48,115 nucleotides of DNA from a phage: sequence record PX962436.1; one strand, 5' to 3'. The notes beneath the pieces are model-generated. The model was not told the origin of the DNA and made no database searches. It worked only from the letters and a program-made list of their open reading frames with translations. Below are positions 14,735-28,634 of this stretch, piece after piece. Position 1 is the stretch's first letter; each line of letters starts with the position of its first letter. Made by a program: the position numbers and the translations under genes.

Positions 14735-15725
14735 TGCTATGCTCCTTATCCCAGTCGTGGATCAACTGAATAAAGGCTTGCTCCATGGTGGGATCGGGTT
14801 GCTCGTCGTTGGCCGACTGCGCTTTCAAATCATCCGGCGTGCCGCTGGCAATTAATTTCCCACGGTACACCAGGCCGATGCGGTCGCAATATTCTGCTTC
14901 ATCCATAAAGTGAGTGGTGACCATCACCGTGACGCCTTTCTCTACCATGCTGTTGATATGCAGCCAAAATTCGCGGCGGGTGAGGGGATCAACGCCGGAC
15001 GTTGGTTCGTCGAGAAACAGAATGTCCGGTTCATGCATCAGCGAACAGGCCAGCGCCAGCCGCTGTTTAAAACCTAATGGCAGTTCATCGGTCGCGTGGG
15101 AGGCGATACTTTTCAGGCCAAATGCCTCGCTCATACGGGAGATTTTTTCGTTCTGCGCCCGACCGCGTAAGCCATACACACCAGAGAAAAAGCGTAAATT
15201 CTGTTCGACCGTCAGGTTGCCGTAGAGCGAAAATTTTTGCGCCATATAGCCGAGATGCTGGCGCGCTTTACCGGAACTCTCTTTCAGATCCATCCCCAGC
15301 ACCAGCGCCTGGCCGGAAGTCGGCACCAGCAAACCGCACATCATCTTAAAGGTGGTCGATTTACCCGCGCCGTTTGGCCCCAGCAAACCAAAAATCTCCC
15401 CACGTTTAACGGCAAAGTTGACGTGATCGGTGGCGGCAAAATCACCAAATTTCTTGGTCAGTTCTTTCGCTTCGATCACCGTCTCGCCGGGTGTGCCTTC
15501 TACCGTATGCAATATTGCACCCAGCGGCGATTCTGAGGTTCCGGCACCACCCAGCAAATCAATAAACGCATCTTCAAAACGCGGCGTAGTTTCGTTGATG
15601 TTGATTTCCGGCATCCCGTCGGCATGGCGAATATCGTCTGGTGTGGCCTCTTTTTTGAGGATCAGACGTACCGATTTCCCCTGAATCATGCCGTCGCTGA
15701 CCTGCGGCAGTTTCAAGGCGCGGTG
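14727..15725 (-). pseudogene. ybhF: 5'-truncated ABC transporter ATPase: only the second ABC domain and linker remain; the 5' limit is approximate
   Basis: Minus-strand translation has one complete ABC domain (Walker A GPNGAGKST, signature, Walker B) preceded by the C-terminal tail of a first domain (FEDAFIDLLGG); the rest of the 523-codon ORF (15730..16298) is antisense to the methylase. Confidence 0.75.
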
Positions 15726-15729
15726 AAAC

Positions 15730-16655
15730 CCAACGGTTGGGACAATCAGTGGAAAGGGGACGAAGATTACCTGAAGTGGCTGGACCACTGTCTGGCTCAG
15801 TTCTGGCGGGTGCTGAAACCTGCCGGAAGCCTTTACCTGTTCTGTGGACATCGCCTCGCATCTGATATCGAGATCATGATGCGTGAACGTTTCAACGTTC
15901 TTAACCATATTATCTGGGCGAAGCCGTCCGGACGATGGAACGGGTGTAATAAAGAAAGTCTGCGCGCATATTTTCCCGCAACAGAACGCGTTCTGTTTGC
16001 TGAACATTACCAGGGACCATATCGCGGCAAAAGTGACGGCTATGCGGCAAAAGAAAGTCAACTCAAACAGCACATAATGGCACCGCTGATTTCGTATTTC
16101 AGGGATGCTCGTGCCGAACTGGGTATAACGGCAAAACAGATTGCCGAAGCCACTGGTAAGAAAAATATGGTTTCCCACTGGTTTGGTGCCAGTCAGTGGC
16201 AGTTGCCGAATGAGGCTGACTACCGGAAGTTGCAGGCACTGTTTTCCCGTATAGCGGCAGAGAAATTTCAGGAACAACAACTGGAACAACCACACCACCA
16301 GCTGGTGGCATCTTATGATTCACTGAATCGCAAATATTCTGAATTGCTGGATGAGTTTAAAACTCTCCGGCGCTATTTCTCCGTATCAGTTTCCGTGCCT
16401 TATACCGACGTCTGGACGCATAAACCCGTTCAGTTCTACCCGGGTAAACATCCGTGTGAGAAGCCCGCGGATATGCTCCGGCAAATAATCAGTGCCAGTA
16501 GTCGACAAGGCGATCTGGTTGCTGATTTCTTTATGGGATCCGGTTCCACAATAAAAGCGGCAATGGCGCTGGGGCGTCGGGCGTTAGGTGTTGAACTTGA
16601 GTCAGAGCGGTTTAATCAGACGGTGAAAGAGGTAAGTGAACTGGTGGGGAAATAA
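15730..16655 (+). pseudogene. phage N6-adenine/N4-cytosine DNA methyltransferase, 5'-truncated at the host-phage junction
   Basis: C-terminal FxGxG motif (DFFMGSGST) and W-rich region (GWDNQWKGDEDYLKWL) are present, but the DPPY catalytic motif expected just upstream is replaced by ybhF antisense sequence. Confidence 0.6.
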
Positions 16656-16731
16656 TTCTGGTGGCCACGTTGCGTGGCCTTTTTATTTCCAACACAGCAC
16701 CCGCAAATATCGCGAGGTGAGAGATGACGAA

Positions 16732-17067
16732 ATGCCTCATAACCCAAATACCTGGCCGGACTGGCTGGAGTTGTTTCAGAGCTGGTGGCGTGGAGATACG
16801 CCGCTGGGCGCAGTGATTATGTCGATTGTTATGGCTGGTTTGCGCATCGCCTATTTTGGCGGTGGTGGTGGCTGGAAGCGAAAAACGCTCGAGATTTTGC
16901 TATGTGGCGCTCTGACGTTGACCTTTGCATCCGCGCTTGAGTATGTCGGATGGCCTAAATCGCTTTCTGTTGCCATTGGTGGTGGGGTGGGGCTGATCGG
17001 TGTCGATGCTATTCGTGGGGCTGCAATGAGAGTAATCGGTAACAAGTTTGGTAGCTCGAAGGAGTAA
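16732..17067 (+). CDS. phage holin (not lambda S), about 112 aa with three predicted transmembrane segments
   Basis: Sits immediately upstream of the endolysin; hydrophobic segments and a GGGGG loop; GAGGTGA SD-like sequence before ATG 16732; the ORF-track start at 16636 overlaps the methylase end. Confidence 0.6.
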   Translation: MPHNPNTWPDWLELFQSWWRGDTPLGAVIMSIVMAGLRIAYFGGGGGWKRKTLEILLCGALTLTFASALEYVGWPKSLSVAIGGGVGLIGVDAIRGAAMRVIGNKFGSSKE

Positions 17068-17070
17068 TTT

Positions 17071-17547
17071 ATGCAGGTACTAAATTCCCAGCGTAAAGCT
17101 TTCCTGGATATGGTTGCATGGTCAGAAGGAACTGATAACGGACGTCAGAAAACCAGAAATCATGGTTATGACGTCATTGTAGGCGGAGAGCTATTCACTG
17201 ATTACTCCGATCACCCTCGCAAACTTGTCACGCTAAACCCAAAACTCAAATCAACAGGCGCCGGACGCTACCAGCTTCTTTCCCGTTGGTGGGATGCCTA
17301 CCGCAAGCAGCTTGGCCTGAAAGACTTCTCTCCGAAAAGTCAGGACGCTGTGGCATTGCAGCAGATTAAGGAGCGTGGCGCTTTACCTATGATTGATCGT
17401 GGTGATATCCGTCAGGCAATCGACCGTTGCAGCAATATCTGGGCTTCACTGCCGGGCGCTGGTTATGGTCAGTTCGAGCATAAGGCTGACAGCCTGATTG
17501 CAAAATTCAAAGAAGCGGGCGGAACGGTCAGAGAGATTGATGTATGA
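17071..17547 (+). CDS. R: endolysin (lambda R-type lytic transglycosylase); the first ~15 codons are non-lambda, the remainder matches lambda R
   Basis: Translation matches lambda R from QRKAFLDM to the end, but the N-terminus reads MQVLNS (lambda: MVEINN) and residue 15 is V (lambda: L). Confidence 0.9.
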   Translation: MQVLNSQRKAFLDMVAWSEGTDNGRQKTRNHGYDVIVGGELFTDYSDHPRKLVTLNPKLKSTGAGRYQLLSRWWDAYRKQLGLKDFSPKSQDAVALQQIKERGALPMIDRGDIRQAIDRCSNIWASLPGAGYGQFEHKADSLIAKFKEAGGTVREIDV

Positions 17548-18005
17548 GCAGAGTCACCGCGATTATCTCCGCTCTGGTTATCTGCATCATCGTCTGCCTG
17601 TCATGGGCTGTTAATCATTACCGTGATAACGCCATTACCTACAAAGCCCAGCGCGACAAAAATGCCAGAGAACTGAAGCTGGCGAACGCGGCAATTACTG
17701 ACATGCAGATGCGTCAGCGTGATGTTGCTGCGCTCGATGCAAAATACACGAAGGAGTTAGCTGATGCTAAAGCTGAAAATGATGCTCTGCGTGATGATGT
17801 TGCCGCTGGTCGTCGTCGGTTGCACATCAAAGCAGTCTGTCAGTCAGTGCGTGAAGCCACCACCGCCTCCGGCGTGGATAATGCAGCCTCCCCCCGACTG
17901 GCAGACACCGCTGAACGGGATTATTTCACCCTCAGAGAGAGGCTGATCACTATGCAAAAACAACTGGAAGGAACCCAGAAGTATATTAATGAGCAGTGCA
18001 GATAG
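17544..18005 (+). CDS. Rz: spanin inner-membrane subunit Rz
   Basis: 153 aa ORF at lambda 45966..46427 by map offset. Confidence 0.9.
   Translation: MSRVTAIISALVICIIVCLSWAVNHYRDNAITYKAQRDKNARELKLANAAITDMQMRQRDVAALDAKYTKELADAKAENDALRDDVAAGRRRLHIKAVCQSVREATTASGVDNAASPRLADTAERDYFTLRERLITMQKQLEGTQKYINEQCR
17764..17946 (+). CDS. Rz1: spanin outer-membrane lipoprotein Rz1, nested in Rz in the +1 frame
   Basis: 60 aa ORF with lipobox (VVVGC) and proline-rich region, embedded in Rz. Confidence 0.85.
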   Translation: MLKLKMMLCVMMLPLVVVGCTSKQSVSQCVKPPPPPAWIMQPPPDWQTPLNGIISPSERG

Positions 18006-18036
18006 AGCTGACCATATCGATGGGCAACTCATGCAA

Positions 18037-18330
18037 TTATTTTGAGCAATACACACGCGCTTCCAGCGGAGTATAAATGCCTAAAGTAATAAAACCGAGC
18101 AATCCATTTACGAATGTTTGCTGGGTTTCTGTTTTAACAACATTTTCTGCGCCGCCACAAATTTTAGCTGCATCGACAGTTTTCTTCTGCCCAATTCCAG
18201 AAACGAAGAAATGATGGGTGATGGTTTCCTTTGGTGCTACTGCTGCCGGTTTGTTTTGAACAGTAAACGTCTGTTGAGCACATCCTGTAATAAGCAGGGC
18301 CAGCGCAGTAGCGAGTAGCATTTTTTTCAT
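18037..18330 (-). CDS. bor: Bor lipoprotein (serum-resistance-type lysogenic conversion protein)
   Basis: 97 aa, lipobox LITGC; matches lambda Bor. Confidence 0.9.
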   Translation of the reverse strand: MKKMLLATALALLITGCAQQTFTVQNKPAAVAPKETITHHFFVSGIGQKKTVDAAKICGGAENVVKTETQQTFVNGLLGFITLGIYTPLEARVYCSK

Positions 18331-18619
18331 GGTGTTATTCCCGATGCTTTTTGAAGTTCGCAGAATCGTATGTGTAGAAAATTAAACAAACCCTAAACAA
18401 TGAGTTGAAATTTCATATTGTTAATATTTATTAATGTATGTCAGGTGCGATGAATCGTCATTGTATTCCCGGATTAACTATGTCCACAGCCCTGACGGGG
18501 AACTTCTCTGCGGGAGTGTCCGGGAATAATTAAAACGATGCACACAGGGTTTAGCGCGTACACGTATTGCATTATGCCAACGCCCCGGTGCTGACACGGA
18601 AGAAACCGGACGTTATGAT

Positions 18620-19153
18620 TTAGCGTGGAAAGATTTGTGTAGTGTTCTGAATGCTCTCAGTAAATAGTAATGAATTATCAAAGGTATAGTAATATCTTTT
18701 ATGTTCATGGATATTTGTAACCCATCGGAAAACTCCTGCTTTAGCAAGATTTTCCCTGTATTGCTGAAATGTGATTTCTCTTGATTTCAACCTATCATAG
18801 GACGTTTCTATAAGATGCGTGTTTCTTGAGAATTTAACATTTACAACCTTTTTAAGTCCTTTTATTAACACGGTGTTATCGTTTTCTAACACGATGTGAA
18901 TATTATCTGTGGCTAGATAGTAAATATAATGTGAGACGTTGTGACGTTTTAGTTCAGAATAAAACAATTCACAGTCTAAATCTTTTCGCACTTGATCGAA
19001 TATTTCTTTAAAAATGGCAACCTGAGCCATTGGTAAAACCTTCCATGTGATACGAGGGCGCGTAGTTTGCATTATCGTTTTTATCGTTTCAATCTGGTCT
19101 GACCTCCTTGTGTTTTGTTGATGATTTATGTCAAATATTAGGAATGTTTTCAC
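18620..19153 (-). CDS. lambda right-end hypothetical protein
   Basis: 177 aa ORF in the lambda-identical segment between bor and cos. Confidence 0.5.
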   Translation of the reverse strand: MKTFLIFDINHQQNTRRSDQIETIKTIMQTTRPRITWKVLPMAQVAIFKEIFDQVRKDLDCELFYSELKRHNVSHYIYYLATDNIHIVLENDNTVLIKGLKKVVNVKFSRNTHLIETSYDRLKSREITFQQYRENLAKAGVFRWVTNIHEHKRYYYTFDNSLLFTESIQNTTQIFPR

Positions 19154-19315
19154 TTAATAGTATTGGTTGCGTAACAAAGTGCGGTCCTGCTGGCATTCTG
19201 GAGGGAAATACAACCGACAGATGTATGTAAGGCCAACGTGCTCAAATCTTCATACAGAAAGATTTGAAGTAATATTTTAACCGCTAGATGAAGAGCAAGC
19301 GCATGGAGCGACAAA

Positions 19316-19522
19316 ATGAATAAAGAACAATCTGCTGATGATCCCTCCGTGGATCTGATTCGTGTAAAAAATATGCTTAATAGCACCATTTCTATGAGTT
19401 ACCCTGATGTTGTAATTGCATGTATAGAACATAAGGTGTCTCTGGAAGCATTCAGAGCAATTGAGGCAGCGTTGGTGAAGCACGATAATAATATGAAGGA
19501 TTATTCCCTGGTGGTTGACTGA
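19316..19522 (+). CDS. lambda right-end hypothetical protein (68 aa)
   Basis: ORF in the lambda-identical segment. Confidence 0.4.
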
Positions 19523-19686
19523 TCACCATAACTGCTAATCATTCAAACTATTTAGTCTGTGACAGAGCCAACACGCAGTCTGTCACTGTCAGGAAAGTGG
19601 TAAAACTGCAACTCAATTACTGCAATGCCCTCGTAATTAAGTGAATTTACAATATCGTCCTGTTCGGAGGGAAGAACGCGGGATGT

Positions 19687-19881
19687 TCATTCTTCATCAC
19701 TTTTAATTGATGTATATGCTCTCTTTTCTGACGTTAGTCTCCGACGGCAGGCTTCAATGACCCAGGCTGAGAAATTCCCGGACCCTTTTTGCTCAAGAGC
19801 GATGTTAATTTGTTCAATCATTTGGTTAGGAAAGCGGATGTTGCGGGTTGTTGTTCTGCGGGTTCTGTTCTTCGTTGACAT
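19687..19881 (-). CDS. lambda right-end hypothetical protein (64 aa)
   Basis: ORF in the lambda-identical segment. Confidence 0.4.
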   Translation of the reverse strand: MSTKNRTRRTTTRNIRFPNQMIEQINIALEQKGSGNFSAWVIEACRRRLTSEKRAYTSIKSDEE

Positions 19882-20039
19882 GAGGTTGCCCCGTATTCAG
19901 TGTCGCTGATTTGTATTGTCTGAAGTTGTTTTTACGTTAAGTTGATGCAGATCAATTAATACGATACCTGCGTCATAATTGATTATTTGACGTGGTTTGA
20001 TGGCCTCCACGCACGTTGTGATATGTAGATGATAATCAT

Positions 20040-20260
20040 TATCACTTTACGGGTCCTTTCCGGTGATCCGACAGGTTACGGGGCGGCGACCTCGCGGGTT
20101 TTCGCTATTTATGAAAATTTTCCGGTTTAAGGCGTTTCCGTTCTTCTTCGTCATAACTTAATGTTTTTATTTAAAATACCCTCTGAAAAGAAAGGAAACG
20201 ACAGGTGCTGAAAGCGAGCTTTTTGGCCTCTGTCGTTTCCTTTCTCTGTTTTTGTCCGTG
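20040..20260 (+). other. lambda cos (cosQ-cosN-cosB) in the ligated/circular form; cosN 12-nt overhang GGGCGGCGACCT at 20081..20092
   Basis: Lambda right-end sequence ...CCGACAGGTTACG runs directly into the left-end sequence GGGCGGCGACCTCGCGGGTTTTCGCTATTTATGAAAATTTTCCGG. Confidence 0.9.
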
Positions 20261-20269
20261 GAATGAACA

Positions 20270-20789
20270 ATGGAAGTCAACAAAAAGCAGCTGGCTGACA
20301 TTTTCGGTGCGAGTATCCGTACCATTCAGAACTGGCAGGAACAGGGAATGCCCGTTCTGCGAGGCGGTGGCAAGGGTAATGAGGTGCTTTATGACTCTGC
20401 CGCCGTCATAAAATGGTATGCCGAAAGGGATGCTGAAATTGAGAACGAAAAGCTGCGCCGGGAGGTTGAAGAACTGCGGCAGGCCAGCGAGGCAGATCTC
20501 CAGCCAGGAACTATTGAGTACGAACGCCATCGACTTACGCGTGCGCAGGCCGACGCACAGGAACTGAAGAATGCCAGAGACTCCGCTGAAGTGGTGGAAA
20601 CCGCATTCTGTACTTTCGTGCTGTCGCGGATCGCAGGTGAAATTGCCAGTATTCTCGACGGGCTCCCCCTGTCGGTGCAGCGGCGTTTTCCGGAACTGGA
20701 AAACCGACATGTTGATTTCCTGAAACGGGATATCATCAAAGCCATGAACAAAGCAGCCGCGCTGGATGAACTGATACCGGGGTTGCTGA

Positions 20790-20815
<26 letters not shown>
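20270..20815 (+). CDS. Nu1: terminase small subunit
   Basis: MEVNKKQLADIFGASIRTIQNWQEQGMP matches lambda Nu1. Confidence 0.95.
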
Positions 20816-24496
<3,681 letters not shown>

Positions 24497-24516
<20 letters not shown>

Positions 24517-25816
24517 TCTCCCGCATATTGCCAGCATGGCCTTTAATGAGCCGCTGATGCTTGAACCCGCCTATGCGCGGGTTTTCTTTTGTGCGCTTGC
24601 AGGCCAGCTTGGGATCAGCAGCCTGACGGATGCGGTGTCCGGCGACAGCCTGACTGCCCAGGAGGCACTCGCGACGCTGGCATTATCCGGTGATGATGAC
24701 GGACCACGACAGGCCCGCAGTTATCAGGTCATGAACGGCATCGCCGTGCTGCCGGTGTCCGGCACGCTGGTCAGCCGGACGCGGGCGCTGCAGCCGTACT
24801 CGGGGATGACCGGTTACAACGGCATTATCGCCCGTCTGCAACAGGCTGCCAGCGATCCGATGGTGGACGGCATTCTGCTCGATATGGACACGCCCGGCGG
24901 GATGGTGGCGGGGGCATTTGACTGCGCTGACATCATCGCCCGTGTGCGTGACATAAAACCGGTATGGGCGCTTGCCAACGACATGAACTGCAGTGCAGGT
25001 CAGTTGCTTGCCAGTGCCGCCTCCCGGCGTCTGGTCACGCAGACCGCCCGGACAGGCTCCATCGGCGTCATGATGGCTCACAGTAATTACGGTGCTGCGC
25101 TGGAGAAACAGGGTGTGGAAATCACGCTGATTTACAGCGGCAGCCATAAGGTGGATGGCAACCCCTACAGCCATCTTCCGGATGACGTCCGGGAGACACT
25201 GCAGTCCCGGATGGACGCAACCCGCCAGATGTTTGCGCAGAAGGTGTCGGCATATACCGGCCTGTCCGTGCAGGTTGTGCTGGATACCGAGGCTGCAGTG
25301 TACAGCGGTCAGGAGGCCATTGATGCCGGACTGGCTGATGAACTTGTTAACAGCACCGATGCGATCACCGTCATGCGTGATGCACTGGATGCACGTAAAT
25401 CCCGTCTCTCAGGAGGGCGAATGACCAAAGAGACTCAATCAACAACTGTTTCAGCCACTGCTTCGCAGGCTGACGTTACTGACGTGGTGCCAGCGACGGA
25501 GGGCGAGAACGCCAGCGCGGCGCAGCCGGACGTGAACGCGCAGATCACCGCAGCGGTTGCGGCAGAAAACAGCCGCATTATGGGGATACTCAACTGTGAG
25601 GAGGCTCACGGACGCGAAGAACAGGCACGCGTGCTGGCAGAAACCCCCGGTATGACCGTGAAAACGGCCCGCCGCATTCTGGCCGCAGCACCACAGAGTG
25701 CACAGGCGCGCAGTGACACTGCGCTGGATCGTCTGATGCAGGGGGCACCGGCACCGCTGGCTGCAGGTAACCCGGCATCTGATGCCGTTAACGATTTGCT
25801 GAACACACCAGTGTAA
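24497..25816 (+). CDS. C: head maturation protease/scaffold C (GTG start)
   Basis: 439 codons from GTG 24497 (MTAELRNLPHIASMAF); the ORF-track start at 24362 is an upstream extension. Confidence 0.85.
25211..25816 (+). CDS. Nu3: scaffolding protein Nu3, in-frame internal start within C
   Basis: Met at C codon 239, at the lambda Nu3 map position. Confidence 0.7.
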   Translation: MDATRQMFAQKVSAYTGLSVQVVLDTEAAVYSGQEAIDAGLADELVNSTDAITVMRDALDARKSRLSGGRMTKETQSTTVSATASQADVTDVVPATEGENASAAQPDVNAQITAAVAAENSRIMGILNCEEAHGREEQARVLAETPGMTVKTARRILAAAPQSAQARSDTALDRLMQGAPAPLAAGNPASDAVNDLLNTPV

Positions 25817-25825
25817 GGGATGTTT

Positions 25826-26158
25826 ATGACGAGCAAAGAAACCTTTACCCATTACCAGCCGCAGGGCAACAGTGACCCGGCTCATACCGCAACCGCGCCC
25901 GGCGGATTGAGTGCGAAAGCGCCTGCAATGACCCCGCTGATGCTGGACACCTCCAGCCGTAAGCTGGTTGCGTGGGATGGCACCACCGACGGTGCTGCCG
26001 TTGGCATTCTTGCGGTTGCTGCTGACCAGACCAGCACCACGCTGACGTTCTACAAGTCCGGCACGTTCCGTTATGAGGATGTGCTCTGGCCGGAGGCTGC
26101 CAGCGACGAGACGAAAAAACGGACCGCGTTTGCCGGAACGGCAATCAGCATCGTTTAA
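25826..26158 (+). CDS. D: head decoration protein D
   Basis: 110 aa, [20 protein letters not shown]. Confidence 0.9.
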
Positions 26159-26213
26159 CTTTACCCTTCATCACTAAAGGCCGCCTGTGCGGCTTTTTTT
26201 ACGGGATTTTTTT

Positions 26214-27239
26214 ATGTCGATGTACACAACCGCCCAACTGCTGGCGGCAAATGAGCAGAAATTTAAGTTTGATCCGCTGTTTCTGCGTCTCTTTTTCCGT
26301 GAGAGCTATCCCTTCACCACGGAGAAAGTCTATCTCTCACAAATTCCGGGACTGGTAAACATGGCGCTGTACGTTTCGCCGATTGTTTCCGGTGAGGTTA
26401 TCCGTTCCCGTGGCGGCTCCACCTCTGAATTTACGCCGGGATATGTCAAGCCGAAGCATGAAGTGAATCCGCAGATGACCCTGCGTCGCCTGCCGGATGA
26501 AGATCCGCAGAATCTGGCGGACCCGGCTTACCGCCGCCGTCGCATCATCATGCAGAACATGCGTGACGAAGAGCTGGCCATTGCTCAGGTCGAAGAGATG
26601 CAGGCAGTTTCTGCCGTGCTTAAGGGCAAATACACCATGACCGGTGAAGCCTTCGATCCGGTTGAGGTGGATATGGGCCGCAGTGAGGAGAATAACATCA
26701 CGCAGTCCGGCGGCACGGAGTGGAGCAAGCGTGACAAGTCCACGTATGACCCGACCGACGATATCGAAGCCTACGCGCTGAACGCCAGCGGTGTGGTGAA
26801 TATCATCGTGTTCGATCCGAAAGGCTGGGCGCTGTTCCGTTCCTTCAAAGCCGTCAAGGAGAAGCTGGATACCCGTCGTGGCTCTAATTCCGAGCTGGAG
26901 ACAGCGGTGAAAGACCTGGGCAAAGCGGTGTCCTATAAGGGGATGTATGGCGATGTGGCCATCGTCGTGTATTCCGGACAGTACGTGGAAAACGGCGTCA
27001 AAAAGAACTTCCTGCCGGACAACACGATGGTGCTGGGGAACACTCAGGCACGCGGTCTGCGCACCTATGGCTGCATTCAGGATGCGGACGCACAGCGCGA
27101 AGGCATTAACGCCTCTGCCCGTTACCCGAAAAACTGGGTGACCACCGGCGATCCGGCGCGTGAGTTCACCATGATTCAGTCAGCACCGCTGATGCTGCTG
27201 GCTGACCCTGATGAGTTCGTGTCCGTACAACTGGCGTAA
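26214..27239 (+). CDS. E: major capsid protein E
   Basis: 341 aa from MSMYTTAQLLAANEQ. Confidence 0.9.
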   Translation: MSMYTTAQLLAANEQKFKFDPLFLRLFFRESYPFTTEKVYLSQIPGLVNMALYVSPIVSGEVIRSRGGSTSEFTPGYVKPKHEVNPQMTLRRLPDEDPQNLADPAYRRRRIIMQNMRDEELAIAQVEEMQAVSAVLKGKYTMTGEAFDPVEVDMGRSEENNITQSGGTEWSKRDKSTYDPTDDIEAYALNASGVVNIIVFDPKGWALFRSFKAVKEKLDTRRGSNSELETAVKDLGKAVSYKGMYGDVAIVVYSGQYVENGVKKNFLPDNTMVLGNTQARGLRTYGCIQDADAQREGINASARYPKNWVTTGDPAREFTMIQSAPLMLLADPDEFVSVQLA

Positions 27240-27280
27240 TCATGGCCCTTCGGGGCCATTGTTTCTCTGTGGAGGAGTCC

Positions 27281-27679
27281 ATGACGAAAGATGAACTGAT
27301 TGCCCGTCTCCGCTCGCTGGGTGAACAACTGAACCGTGATGTCAGCCTGACGGGGACGAAAGAAGAACTGGCGCTCCGTGTGGCAGAGCTGAAAGAGGAG
27401 CTTGATGACACGGATGAAACTGCCGGTCAGGACACCCCTCTCAGCCGGGAAAATGTGCTGACCGGACATGAAAATGAGGTGGGATCAGCGCAGCCGGATA
27501 CCGTGATTCTGGATACGTCTGAACTGGTCACGGTCGTGGCACTGGTGAAGCTGCATACTGATGCACTTCACGCCACGCGGGATGAACCTGTGGCATTTGT
27601 GCTGCCGGGAACGGCGTTTCGTGTCTCTGCCGGTGTGGCAGCCGAAATGACAGAGCGCGGCCTGGCCAGAATGCAATAA
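27281..27679 (+). CDS. FI: DNA packaging protein FI
   Basis: 132 aa from MTKDELIARL. Confidence 0.85.
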   Translation: MTKDELIARLRSLGEQLNRDVSLTGTKEELALRVAELKEELDDTDETAGQDTPLSRENVLTGHENEVGSAQPDTVILDTSELVTVVALVKLHTDALHATRDEPVAFVLPGTAFRVSAGVAAEMTERGLARMQ

Positions 27680-27690
27680 CGGGAGGCGCT

Positions 27691-28044
27691 GTGGCTGATT
27701 TCGATAACCTGTTCGATGCTGCCATTGCCCGCGCCGATGAAACGATACGCGGGTACATGGGAACGTCAGCCACCATTACATCCGGTGAGCAGTCAGGTGC
27801 GGTGATACGTGGTGTTTTTGATGACCCTGAAAATATCAGCTATGCCGGACAGGGCGTGCGCGTTGAAGGCTCCAGCCCGTCCCTGTTTGTCCGGACTGAT
27901 GAGGTGCGGCAGCTGCGGCGTGGAGACACGCTGACCATCGGTGAGGAAAATTTCTGGGTAGATCGGGTTTCGCCGGATGATGGCGGAAGTTGTCATCTCT
28001 GGCTTGGACGGGGCGTACCGCCTGCCGTTAACCGTCGCCGCTGA
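27691..28044 (+). CDS. FII: head-tail connector FII
   Basis: 117 aa lambda FII. Confidence 0.9.
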   Translation: MADFDNLFDAAIARADETIRGYMGTSATITSGEQSGAVIRGVFDDPENISYAGQGVRVEGSSPSLFVRTDEVRQLRRGDTLTIGEENFWVDRVSPDDGGSCHLWLGRGVPPAVNRRR

Positions 28045-28055
28045 AAGGGGGATGT

Positions 28056-28634
28056 ATGGCCATAAAAGGTCTTGAGCAGGCCGTTGAAAACCTCAGCCGT
28101 ATCAGCAAAACGGCGGTGCCTGGTGCCGCCGCAATGGCCATTAACCGCGTTGCTTCATCCGCGATATCGCAGTCGGCGTCACAGGTTGCCCGTGAGACAA
28201 AGGTACGCCGGAAACTGGTAAAGGAAAGGGCCAGGCTGAAAAGGGCCACGGTCAAAAATCCGCAGGCCAGAATCAAAGTTAACCGGGGGGATTTGCCCGT
28301 AATCAAGCTGGGTAATGCGCGGGTTGTCCTTTCGCGCCGCAGGCGTCGTAAAAAGGGGCAGCGTTCATCCCTGAAAGGTGGCGGCAGCGTGCTTGTGGTG
28401 GGTAACCGTCGTATTCCCGGCGCGTTTATTCAGCAACTGAAAAATGGCCGGTGGCATGTCATGCAGCGTGTGGCTGGGAAAAACCGTTACCCCATTGATG
28501 TGGTGAAAATCCCGATGGCGGTGCCGCTGACCACGGCGTTTAAACAAAATATTGAGCGGATACGGCGTGAACGTCTTCCGAAAGAGCTGGGCTATGCGCT
28601 GCAGCATCAACTGAGGATGGTAATAAAGCGATGA
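28056..28634 (+). CDS. Z: tail completion protein Z
   Basis: 192 aa lambda Z. Confidence 0.9.
   Translation: MAIKGLEQAVENLSRISKTAVPGAAAMAINRVASSAISQSASQVARETKVRRKLVKERARLKRATVKNPQARIKVNRGDLPVIKLGNARVVLSRRRRRKKGQRSSLKGGGSVLVVGNRRIPGAFIQQLKNGRWHVMQRVAGKNRYPIDVVKIPMAVPLTTAFKQNIERIRRERLPKELGYALQHQLRMVIKR

Noticed and set aside
15624-15729. Met start at 15624 for the methyltransferase ORF
   Set aside because: The first ~35 codons are the reverse complement of ybhF coding sequence and lack the DPPY motif; treated as junction read-through, not a true N-terminus.
15730-16298. Upstream continuation of the 523-aa minus-strand ORF annotated over ybhF
   Set aside because: Only about 14,727-15,725 resembles an ABC ATPase; the rest is antisense read-through across the methyltransferase gene.
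16535-16540. GGATCC (BamHI site) inside the methyltransferase
   Set aside because: Arises from Gly-Ser codons of the FxGxG motif in non-lambda DNA; not related to the engineered loss of the lambda BamHI site.
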